Translations under genes and position numbers: made by a program
The notes under the pieces: model-generated
What the model was told of the DNA's origin: nothing
What the model saw: the letters and a program-made list of their open reading frames with translations, nothing else
Database searches by the model: none
DNA from: Lingula anatina
Taxonomy: Eukaryota > Animalia > Brachiopoda
Direction of reading: 5' to 3'
Assembly: GCA_051362555.1 (NCBI GenBank)
Contig: CM120641.1
Location: 40,740,401 to 40,804,400 of the forward strand
Length of the DNA stretch: 64,000 nt
In this document: in pieces, positions 1 through 12,000 of the stretch
Position numbering within the stretch: the stretch's first letter is position 1
Layout: every line of letters starts with the position of its first letter

Positions 1-3000
1 TGTGTCAATATTAAGGAAGAAAAAGAGCAAAAACTCTGGCCACCCCCCCTCTCTCCAGATCCTGTTTTCAGCTGTGTTTTTGGCTATCTTTAAAGCTGGA
101 ATTGGGGGCTTTAATGAAGTGATCCGGGCGTGTTTCCACATTTTTTATGAATGACAGGTGTGGTAGATTAATTTTCGTCACATTTCGGAAAAATTGGTGA
201 CGGGTCGTTTTTGGGTGATTTTGAGTGATTTTCATCAGGTCCGCGTACAGCAGATTTCTTCAATTTTGGCCAAAAAGGGAAGAAATTTTTTTTTCTTCAT
301 TATAGTGACCGGTAGGTGTGTTGGGTCATTTGTAGTCAGTATAAAGCACTGGAAGAGTGGTTGTGTCAATATTAAGGAAGAAAAAGAGCAAAAACTCTGG
401 CCACCCCCCCTCTCTCCAGATCCTGTTTTCAGCTGTGTTTTTGGCTATCTTTAAAGCTGGAATTGGGGGCTTTAATGAAGTGATCCGGGCGTGTTTCCAC
501 ATTTTTTATGAATGACAGGTGTGGTAGATTAATTTTCGTCACATTTCGGAAAAATTGGTGACCGGTCGTTTTTGGGTGATTTTGAGTGATTTTCATCAGG
601 TCCGCGTACAGCAGATTTCTTCAATTTTGGCCAAAAAGGGAAGAAATTTTTTTTTCTTCATTATAGTGACCGGTAGGTGTGTTGGGTCATTTGTAGTCAG
701 TATAAAGCACTGGAAGAGTGGTTGTGTCAATATTAAGGAAGAAAAAGAGCAAAAACTCTGGCCACCCCCCCTCTCTCCAGATCCTGTTTTCAGCTGTGTT
801 TTTGGCTATCTTTAAAGCTGGAATTGGGGGCTTTAATGAAGTGATCCGGGCGTGTTTCCACATTTTTTATGAATGACAGGTGTGGTAGATTAATTTTCAT
901 CACATTTTGGAAAAATTGGTGACGGGTCGTTTTTGGGTGATTTTGAGTGATTTTCATCAGGTCCGCGTACAGCAGATTTCTTCAATTTTGGCCAAAAAGG
1001 GAAGAATTTTTTTTTTCTTCATTATAGTGACCGGTAGGTGTGTTGGGTCATTTGTAGTCAGTATAAAGCACTGGAAGAGTGGTTGTGTCAATATTAAGGA
1101 AGAAAAAGAGCAAAAACTCTGGCCACCCCCCCTCTCTCCAGATTCTGTTTTCAGCTGTGTTTTTCGCTATCTTTAAAGCTGGAATTGGGGGCTTTAATGA
1201 AGTGATCCGGGCGTGTTTCCACATTTTTTATGAATGACAGGTGTGGTAGATTAATTTTCATCACATTTTGGAAAAATTGGTGACGGGTCGTTTTTGGGTG
1301 ATTTTGAGTGATTTTCATCAGGTCCGCGTACAGCAGATTTCTTCAATTTTGGTCAAAAAGGGAAGAATTTTTTTTTTCTTCATTATAGTGACCGGTAGGT
1401 GTGTTGGGTCATTTGTAGTCAGTATAAAGTACTGGAAGAGTGGTTGTGTCAATATTAAGGAAGAAAAAGAGCAAAAACTCTGGCCACCCCCCCTCTCTCC
1501 AGATCCTGTTTTCAGCTGTGTTTTTGGCTATCTTTAAAGCTGGAATTGGGGGCTTTAATGAAGTGATCCGGGTGTGTTTCCACATTTTTTATGAATGACA
1601 GGTGTGGTAGATTAATTTTCGTCACATTTCGGAAAAATTGGTGACGGGTCGTTTTTGGGTGATTTTGAGTGATTTTCATCAGGTCCGCGTACAGCAGATT
1701 TCTTCAATTTTGGCCAAAAAGGGAAGAAATTTTTTTTCTTCATTATAGTGACCGGTAGGTGTGTTGGGTCATTTGTAGTCAGTATAAAGTACTGGAAGAG
1801 TGGTTGTGTCAATATTAAGGAAGAAAAAGAGCAAAAACTCTGGCCACCCCCCCTCTCTCCAGATCCTGTTTTCAGCTGTGTTTTTGGCTATCTTTAAAGC
1901 TGGAATTGGGGGCTTTAATGAAGTGATTCGGGCGTGTTTCCACATTTTTTATGAATGACAGGTGTGGTAGATTAATTTTCATCACATTTCGGAAAAATTG
2001 GTGACGGGTCGTTTTTGGGTGATTTTGAGTGATTTTCATCAGGTCCGCGTACAGCAGATTTCTTCAATTTTGGCCAAAAAGGGAAGAAATTTTTTTTTCT
2101 TCATTATAGTGACCGGTAGGTGTGTTGGGTCATTTGTAGTCAGTATAAAGTACTGGAAGAGTGGTTGTGTCAATATTAAGGAAGAAAAAGAGCAAAAACT
2201 CTGGCCACCCCCCCTCTCTCCAGATCCTGTTTTCAGCTGTGTTTTTGGCTATCTTTAAAGCTGGAATTGGGGGCTTTAATGAAGTGATCCGGGCGTGTTT
2301 CCACATTTTTTATGAATGACAGGTGTGGTAGATTAATTTTCATCACATTTTGGAAAAATTGGTGACGGGTCGTTTTTGGGTGATTTTGAGTGATTTTCAT
2401 CAGGTCCGCGTACAGCAGATTTCTTCAATTTTGGCCAAAAAGGGAAGAAATTTTTTTTCTTCATCATAGTGACCGGTAGGTGTGTTGGGTCATTTGTAGT
2501 CAGTATAAAGTACTGGAAGAGTGGTTGTGTCAATATTAAGGAAGAAAAAGAGCAAAAACTCTGGCCACCCCCCCTCTCTCCAGATCCTGTTTTCAGCTGT
2601 GTTTTTGGCTATCTTTAAAGCTGGAATTGGGGGCTTTAATGAAGTGATCCGGGCGTGTTTCCACATTTTTTATGAATGACAGGTGTGGTAAATTAATTTT
2701 CATCACATTTCGGAAAAATTGGTGACGGGTCGTTTTTGGGTGATTTTGAGTGATTTTCATCAGGTCCGCGTACAGCAGATTTCTTCAATTTTGGCCAAAA
2801 AGGGAAGAATTTTTTTTTTCTTCATTATAGTGACCGGTAGGTGTGTTGGGTCATTTGTAGTCAGTATAAAGCACTGGAAGAGTGGTTGTGTCAATATTAA
2901 GGAAGAAAAAGAGCAAAAACTCTGGCCACCCCCCCTCTCTCCAGATTCTGTTTTCAGCTGTGTTTTTGGCTATCTTTAAAGCTGGAATTGGGGGCTTTAA

Positions 3001-6000
3001 TGAAGTGATCTGGGCGTGTTTCCACATTTTTTATGAATGACAGGTGTGGTAGATTAATTTTCATCACATTTTGGAAAAATTGGTGACGGGTCGTTTTTGG
3101 GTGATTTTGAGTGATTTTCATCAGGTCCGCGTACAGCAGATTTCTTCAATTTTGGTCAAAAAGGGAAGAATTTTTTTTTTCTTCATTATAGTGACCGGTA
3201 GGTGTGTTGGGTCATTTGTAGTCAGTATAAAGTACTGGAAGAGTGGTTGTGTCAATATTAAGGAAGAAAAAGAGCAAAAACTCTGGCCACCCCCCCTCTC
3301 TCCAGATCCTGTTTTCAGCTGTGTTTTTGGCTATCTTTAAAGCTGGAATTGGGGGCTTTAATGAAGTGATCCGGGTGTGTTTCCACATTTTTTATGAATG
3401 ACAGGTGTGGTAGATTAATTTTCGTCACATTTCGGAAAAATTGGTGACGGGTCGTTTTTGGGTGATTTTGAGTGATTTTCATCAGGTCCGCGTACAGCAG
3501 ATTTCTTCAATTTTGGCCAAAAAGGGAAGAAATTTTTTTTCTTCATTATAGTGACCGGTAGGTGTGTTGGGTCATTTGTAGTCAGTATAAAGTACTGGAA
3601 GAGTGGTTGTGTCAATATTAAGGAAGAAAAAGAGCAAAAACTCTGGCCACCCCCCCTCTCTCTAGATCCTGTTTTCAGCTGTGTTTTTGGCTATCTTTAA
3701 AGCTGGAATTTGGGGCTTTAATGAAGTGATTCGGGCGTGTTTCCACATTTTTTATGAATGACAGGTGTGGTAGATTAATTTTCATCACATTTCGGAAAAA
3801 TTGGTGACGGGTCGTTTTTGGGTGATTTTGAGTGATTTTCATCAGGTCCGCGTACAGCAGATTTCTTCAATTTTGGCCAAAAAGGGAAGAAATTTTTTTT
3901 TCTTCATTATAGTGACCGGTAGGTGTGTTGGGTCATTTGTAGTCAGTATAAAGTACTGGAAGAGTGGTTGTGTCAATATTAAGGAAGAAAAAGAGCAAAA
4001 ACTCTGGCCACCCCCCCTCTCTCCAGATCCTGTTTTCAGCTGTGTTTTTGGCTATCTTTAAAGCTGGAATTGGGGGCTTTAATGAAGTGATCCGGGCGTG
4101 TTTCCACATTTTTTATGAATGACAGGTGTGGTAGATTAATTTTCATCACATTTTGGAAAAATTGGTGACGGGTCGTTTTTGGGTGATTTTGAGTGATTTT
4201 CATCAGGTCCGCGTACAGCAGATTTCTTCAATTTTGGCCAAAAAGGGAAGAAATTTTTTTTCTTCATTATAGTGACCGGTAGGTGTGTTGGGTCATTTGT
4301 AGTCAGTATAAAGTACTGGAAGAGTGGTTGTGTCAATATTAAGGAAGAAAAAGAGCAAAAACTCTGGCCACCCCCCCTCTCTCCAGATCCTGTTTTCAGC
4401 TGTGTTTTTGGCTATCTTTAAAGCTGGAATTGGGGGCTTTAATGAAGTGATCCGGGCGTGTTTCCACATTTTTTATGAATGACAGGTGTGGTAAATTAAT
4501 TTTCATCACATTTCGGAAAAATTGGTGACGGGTCGTTTTTGGGTGATTTTGAGTGATTTTCATCAGGTCCGCGTACAGCAGATTTCTTCAATTTTGGCCA
4601 AAAAGGGAAGAAATTTTTTTTTCTTCATTATAGTGACCGGTAGGTGTGTTGGGTCATTTGTAGTCAGTATAAAGTACTGGAAGAGTGGTTGTGTCAATAT
4701 TAAGGAAGAAAAAGAGCAAAAACTCTGGCCACCCCCCCTCTCTCCAGATCCTGTTTTCAGCTGTGTTTTTGGCTATCTTTAAAGCTGGAATTGGGGGCTT
4801 TAATGAAGTGATCCGGGCGTGTTTCCACATTTTTTATGAATGACAGGTGTGGTAGATTAATTTTCATCACATTTCGGAAAAATTGGTGACGGGTCGTTTT
4901 TGGGTGATTTTGAGTGATTTTCATCAGGTCCGCGTACAGCAGATTTCTTCAATTTTGGCCAAAAAGGGAAGAATTTTTTTTTTCTTCATTATAGTGACCG
5001 GTAGGTGTGTTGGGTCATTTGTAGTCAGTATAAAGTACTGGAAGAGTGGTTGTGTCAATATTAAGGAAGAAAAAGAGCAAAAACTCTGGCCACCCCCCCT
5101 CTCTCCAGATCCTGTTTTCAGCTGTGTTTTTGGCTATCTTTAAAGCTGGAATTGGGGGCTTTAATGAAGTGATCCGGGCGTGTTTCCACATTTTTTATGA
5201 ATGACAGGTGTGGTAGATTAATTTTCATCACATTTCGGAAAAATTGGTGACGGGTCGTTTTTGGGTGATTTTGAGTGATTTTCATCAGGTCCGCCCGCGT
5301 ACAGCAGATTTCTTCAATTTTGGCCAAAAAGGGAAGAAATTTTTTTTTCTTCATTATAGTGACCGGTAGGTGTGTTGGGTCATTTGTAGTCAGTATAAAG
5401 TACTGGAAGAGTGGTTGTGTCAATATTAAGGAAGAAAAAGAGCAAAAACTCTGGCCACCCCCCCTCTCTCCAGATCCTGTTTTCAGCTGTGTTTTTGGCT
5501 ATCTTTAAAGCTGGAATTGGGGGCTTTAATGAAGTGATCCGGGCGTGTTTCCACATTTTTTATGAATGACAGGTGTGGTAGATTAATTTTCAACACATTT
5601 CGGAAAAATTGGTGACGGGTCGTTTTTGGGTGATTTTGAGTGATTTTCATCAGGTCCGCGTACAGCAGATTTCTTCAATTTTGGCCAAAAAGGGAAGAAA
5701 TTTTTTTTTCTTCATTATAGTGACCAGTAGGTGTGTTGGGTCATTTGTAGTCAGTATAAAGCACTGGAAGAGTGGTTGTGTCAATATTAAGGAAGAAAAA
5801 GAGCAAAAACTCTGGCCACCCCCCCTCTCTCCAGATCCTGTTTTCAGCTGTGTTTTTGGCTATCTTTAAAGCTGGAATTGGGGGCTTTAATGAAGTGATC
5901 CGGGCGTGTTTCCACATTTTTTATGAATGACAGGTGTGGTAGATTAATTTTCGTCACATTTCGGAAAAATTGGTGACGGGTCGTTTTTGGGTGATTTTGA

Positions 6001-9000
6001 GTGATTTTCATCAGGTCCGCGTACAGCAGATTTCTTCAATTTTGGCCAAAAAGGGAAGAAATTTTTTTTTCTTCATTATAGTGACCGGTAGGTGTGTTGG
6101 GTCATTTGTAGTCAGTATAAAGTACTGGAAGAGTGGTTGTGTCAATATTAAGGAAGAAAAAGAGCAAAAACTCTGGCCACCCCCCCTCTCTCCAGATCCT
6201 GTTTTCAGCTGTGTTTTTGGCTATCTTTAAAGCTGGAATTGGGGGCTTTAATGAAGTGATCCGGGCGTGTTTCCACATTTTTTATGAATGACAGGTGTGG
6301 TAGATTAATTTTCGTCACATTTCGGAAAAATTGGTGACGGGTCGTTTTTGGGTGATTTTGAGTGATTTTCATCAGGTCCCCGTACAGCAGATTTCTTCAA
6401 TTTTGGCCAAAAAGGGAAGAAATTTTTTTTTCTTCATTATAGTGACCGGTAGGTGTGTTGGGTCATTTGTAGTCAGTATAAAGTACTGGAAGAGTGGTTG
6501 TGTCAATATTAAGGAAGAAAAAGAGCAAAAACTCTGGCCACCCCCCCTCTCTCCAGATCCTGTTTTCAGCTGTGTTTTTGGCTATCTTTAAAGCTGGAAT
6601 TGGGGGCTTTAATGAAGTGATCCGGGCGTGTTTCCACATTTTTTATGAATGACAGGTGTGGTAGATTAATTTTCATCACATTTCGGAAAAATTGGTGACG
6701 GGTCGTTTTTGGGTGATTTTGAGTGATTTTCATCAGGTCCGCGTACAGCAGATTTCTTCAATTTTGGCCAAAAAGGGAAGAAATTTTTTTTTCTTCATTA
6801 TAGTGACCGGTAGGTGTGTTGGGTCATTTGTAGTCAGTATAAAGTACTGGAAGAGTGGTTGTGTCAATATTAAGGAAGAAAAAGAGCAAAAACTCTGGCC
6901 ACCCCCCCTCTCTCCAGATCCTGTTTTCAGCTGTGTTTTTGGCTATCTTTAAAGCTGGAATTGGGGGCTTTAATGAAGTGATCCGGGCGTGTTTCCACAT
7001 TTTTTATGAATGACAGGTGTGGTAAATTAATTTTCATCACATTTCGGAAAAATTGGTGACGGGTCGTTTTTGGGTGATTTTGAGTGATTTTCATCAGGTC
7101 CGCGTACAGCAGATTTCTTCAATTTTGGCCAAAAAGGGAAGAAATTTTTTTTTCTTCATTATAGTGACCGGTAGGTGTGTTGGGTCATTTGTAGTCAGTA
7201 TAAAGTACTGGAAGAGTGGTTGTGTCAATATTAAGGAAGAAAAAGAGCAAAAACTCTGGCCACCCCCCCTCTCTCCAGATCCTGTTTTCAGCTGTGTTTT
7301 TGGCTATCTTTAAAGCTGGAATTGGGGGCTTTAATGAAGTGATCCGGGCGTGTTTCCACATTTTTTATGAATGACAGGTGTGGTAGATTAATTTTCATCA
7401 CATTTCGGAAAAATTGGTGACGGGTCGTTTTTGGGTGATTTTGAGTGATATTCATCAGGTCCGCGTACAGCAGATTTCTTCAATTTTGGCCAAAAAGGGA
7501 AGAAATTTTTTTTTCTTCATTATAGTGACCGGTAGGTGTGTTGGGTCATTTGTAGTCAGTATAAAGTACTGGAAGAGTGGTTGTGTCAATATTAAGGAAG
7601 AAAAAGAGCAAAAACTCTGGCCACCCCCCCTCTCTCCAGATCCCGTTTTCAGCTGTGTTTTTGGCTATCTTTAAAGCTGGAATTGGGGGCTTTAATGAAG
7701 TGATCCGGGCGTGTTTCCACATTTTTTATGAATGACAGGTGTGGTAGATTAATTTTCATCACATTTCGGAAAAATTGGTGACGGGTCGTTTTTGGGTGAT
7801 TTTGAGTGATTTTCATCAGGTCCGCGTACAGCAGATTTCTTCAATTTTGGCCAAAAAGGGAAGAAATTTTTTTTTCTTCATTATAGTGACCGGTAGGTGT
7901 GTTGGGTCATTTGTAGTCAGTATAAAGTACTGGAAGAGTGGTTGTGTCAATATTAAGGAAGAAAAAGAGCAAAAACTCTGGCCACCCCCCCCTCTCTCCA
8001 GATCCTGTTTTCAGCTGTGTTTTTGGCTATCTTTAAAGCTGGAATTGGGGGCTTTAATGAAGTGATCCGGGCGTGTTTCCACATTTTTTATGAATGACAG
8101 GTGTGGTAGATTAATTTTCATCACATTTCGGAAAAATTGGTGACGGGTCGTTTTTGGGTGATTTTGAGTGATTTTCATCAGGTCCGCGTACAGCAGATTT
8201 CTTCAATTTTGGCCAAAAAGGGAAGAATTTTTTTTTTCTTCATTATAGTGACCATCAGGTGTGTTGGGTCATTTGTAGTCAGTATAAAGTACTGGAAGAG
8301 TGGTTGTGTCAATATTAAGGAAGAAAAAGAGCAAAAACTCTGGCCACCCCCCCTCTCTCCAGATCCTGTTTTCAGCTGTGTTTTTGGCTATCTTTAAAGC
8401 TGGAATTGGGGGCTTTAATGAAGTGATCCGGGCGTGTTTCCACATTTTTTATGAATGACAGGTGTGGTAGATTAATTTTCATCACATTTCGGAAAAATTG
8501 GTGACGGGTCGTTTTTGGGTGATTTTGAGTGATTTTCATCAGGTCCGCGTACAGCAGATTTCTTCAATTTTGGCCAAAAAGGGAAGAAATTTTTTTTTCT
8601 TCATTATAGTGACCGGTAGGTGTGTTGGGTCATTTGTAGTCAGTATAAAGTACTGGAAGAGTGGTTGTGTCAATATTAAGGAAGAAAAAGAGCAAAAACT
8701 CTGGCCACCCCCCCTCTCTCCAGATCCTGTTTTCAGCTGTGTTTTTGGCTATCTTTAAAGCTGGAATTGGGGGCTTTAATGAAGTGATCCGGGCGTGTTT
8801 CCACATTTTTTATGAATGACAGGTGTGGTAGATTAATTTTCATCACATTTCGGAAAAATTGGTGACGGGTCGTTTTTGGGTGATTTTGAGTGATTTTCAT
8901 CAGGTCCGCGTACAGCAGATTTCTTCAATTTTGGCCAAAAAGGGAAGAAATTTTTTTTTCTTCATTATAGTGACCGGCAGGTGTGTTGGGTCATTTGTAG

Positions 9001-12000
9001 TCAGTATAAAGTACTGGAAGAGTGGTTGTGTCAATATTAAGGAAGAAAAAGAGCAAAAACTCTGGCCACCCCCCCTCTCTCCAGATCCTGTTTTCAGCTG
9101 TGTTTTTGGCTATCTTTAAAGCTGGAATTGGGGGCTTTAATGAAGTGATCCGGGCGTGTTTCCACATTTTTTATGAATGACAGGTGTGGTAGATTAATTT
9201 TCATCACATTTCGGAAAAATTCGTGACGGGTCGTTTTTGGGTGATTTTGAGTGATTTTCATCAGGTCCGCGTACAGCAGATTTCTTCAATTTTGGCCAAA
9301 AAGGGAAGAAATTTTTTTTTCTTCATTATAGTGACCGGTAGGTGTGTTGGGTCATTTGTAGTCAGTATAAAGTACTGGAAGAGTGGTTGTGTCAATATTA
9401 AGGAAGAAAAAGAGCAAAAACTCTGGCCACCCCCCCTCTCTCCAGATCCTGTTTTCAGCTGTGTTTTTGGCTATCTTTAAAGCTGGAATTGGGGGCTTTA
9501 ATGAAGTGATCCGGGCGTGTTTCCACATTTTTTATGAATGACAGGTGTGGTAGATTAATTTTCATCACATTTCGGAAAAATTGGTGACGGGTCGTTTTTG
9601 GGTGATTTTGAGTGATTTTCATCAGGTCCGCGTACAGCAGATTTCTTCAATTTTGGCCAAAAAGGGAAGAAATTTTTTTTTCTTCATTATAGTGACCGGT
9701 AGGTGTGTTGGGTCATTTGTAGTCAGTATAAAGTACTGGAAGAGTGGTTGTGTCAATATTAAGGAAGAAAAAGAGCAAAAACTCTGGCCACCCCCCCCTC
9801 TCTCCAGATCCTGTTTTCAGCTGTGTTTTTGGCTATCTTTAAAGCTGGAATTGGGGGCTTTAATGAAGTGATCCGGGCGTGTTTCCACATTTTTTATGAA
9901 TGACAGGTGTGGTAGATTAATTTTCATCACATTTCGGAAAAATTGGTGACGGGTCGTTTTTGGGTGATTTTGAGTGATTTTCATCAGGTCCGCGTACAGC
10001 AGATTTCTTCAATTTTGGCCAAAAAGGGAAGAAATTTTTTTTTCTTCATTATAGTGACCGGTAGGTGTGTTGGGTCATTTGTAGTCAGTATAAAGTACTG
10101 GAAGAGTGGTTGTGTCAATATTAAGGAAGAAAAAGAGCAAAAACTCTGGCCACCCCCCCTCTCTCCAGATCCTGTTTTCAGCTGTGTTTTTGGCTATCTT
10201 TAAAGCTGGAATTGGGGGCTTTAATGAAGTGATCCGGGCGTGTTTCCACATTTTTTATGAATGACAGGTGTGGTAGATTAATTTTCATCACATTTCGGAA
10301 AAATTGGTGACGGGTCGTTTTTGGGTGATTTTGAGTGATTTTCATCAGGTCCGCGTACAGCAGATTTCTTCAATTTTGGCCAAAAAGGGAAGAAATTTTT
10401 TTTTCTTCATTATAGTGACCGGTAGGTGTGTTGGGTCATTTGTAGTCAGTATAAAGTACTGGAAGAGTGGTTGTGTCAATATTAAGGAAGAAAAAGAGCA
10501 AAAACTCTGGCCACCCCCCCTCTCTCCAGATCCTGTTTTCAGCTGTGTTTTTGGCTATCTTTAAAGCTGGAATTGGGGGCTTTAATGAAGTGATCCGGGC
10601 GTGTTTCCACATTTTTTATGAATGACAGGTGTGGTAGATTAATTTTCATCACATTTCGGAAAAATTGGTGACGGGTCGTTTTTGGGTGATTTTGAGTGAT
10701 TTTCATCAGGTCCGCGTACAGCAGATTTCTTCAATTTTGGCCAAAAAGGGAAGAATTTTTTTTTCTTCATTATAGTGACCGGTAGGTGTGTTGGGTCATT
10801 TGTAGTCAGTATAAAGCACTGGAAGAGTGGTTGTGTCAATATTAAGGAAGAAAAAGAGCAAAAACTCTGGCCACCCCCCCCTCTCTCCAGATCCTGTTTT
10901 CAGCTGTGTTTTTGGCTATCTTTAAAGCTGGAATTGGGGGCTTTAATGAAGTGATCCGGGCGTGTTTCCACATTTTTTATGAATGACAGGTGTGGTAGAT
11001 TAATTTTCATCACATTTCGGAAAAATTGGTGACGGGTCGTTTTTGGGTGATTTTGAGTGATTTTCATCAGGTCCGCGTACAGCAGATTTCTTCAATTTTG
11101 GCCAAAAAGGGAAGAAATTTTTTTTTCTTCATTATAGTGACCGGTAGGTGTGTTGGGTCATTTGTAGTCAGTATAAAGTACTGGAAGAGTGGTTGTGTCA
11201 ATATTAAGGAAGAAAAAGAGCAAAAACTCTGGCCACCCCCCCTCTCTCCAGATCCTGTTTTCAGCTGTGTTTTTGGCTATCTTTAAAGCTGGAATTGGGG
11301 GCTTTAATGAAGTGATCCGGGCGTGTTTCCACATTTTTTATGAATGACAGGTGTGGTAGATTAATTTTCGTCACATTTCGGAAAAATTGGTGACGGATCG
11401 TTTTTGGGTGATTTTGAGTGATTTTCATCAGGTCCGCGTACAGCAGATTTCTTCAATTTTGGCCAAAAAGGGAAGAAATTTTTTTTCTTCATTATAGTGA
11501 CCGGTAGGTGTGTTGGGTCATTTGTAGTCAGTATAAAGTACTGGAAGAGTGGTTGTGTCAATATTAAGGAAGAAAAAGAGCAAAAACTCTGGCCACCCCC
11601 CCTCTCTCCAGATCCTGTTTTCAGCTGTGTTTTTGGCTATCTTTAAAGCTGGAATTGGGGGCTTTAATGAAGTGATCCGGGCGTGTTTCCACATTTTTTA
11701 TGAATGACAGGTGTGGTAGATTAATTTTCGTCACATTTCGGAAAAATTGGTGACCGGTCGTTTTTGGGTGATTTTGAGTGATTTTCATCAGGTCCGCGTA
11801 CAGCAGATTTCTTCAATTTTGGCCAAAAAGGGAAGAAATTTTTTTTTCTTCATTATAGTGACCGGTAGGTGTGTTGGGTCATTTGTAGTCAGTATAAAGC
11901 ACTGGAAGAGTGGTTGTGTCAATATTAAGGAAGAAAAAGAGCAAAAACTTTGGCCACCCCCTCTCTCTCCAGATCCTGTTTTCAGCTGTGTTTTTGGCTA

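Noticed and set aside
183-204. CENP-B-box-like motif TTCGGAAAAATTGGTGACGGG
   Set aside because: Only 7 of 9 core positions match at canonical spacing and the true CGGG is 6 bp too far away; this is plausible by chance.
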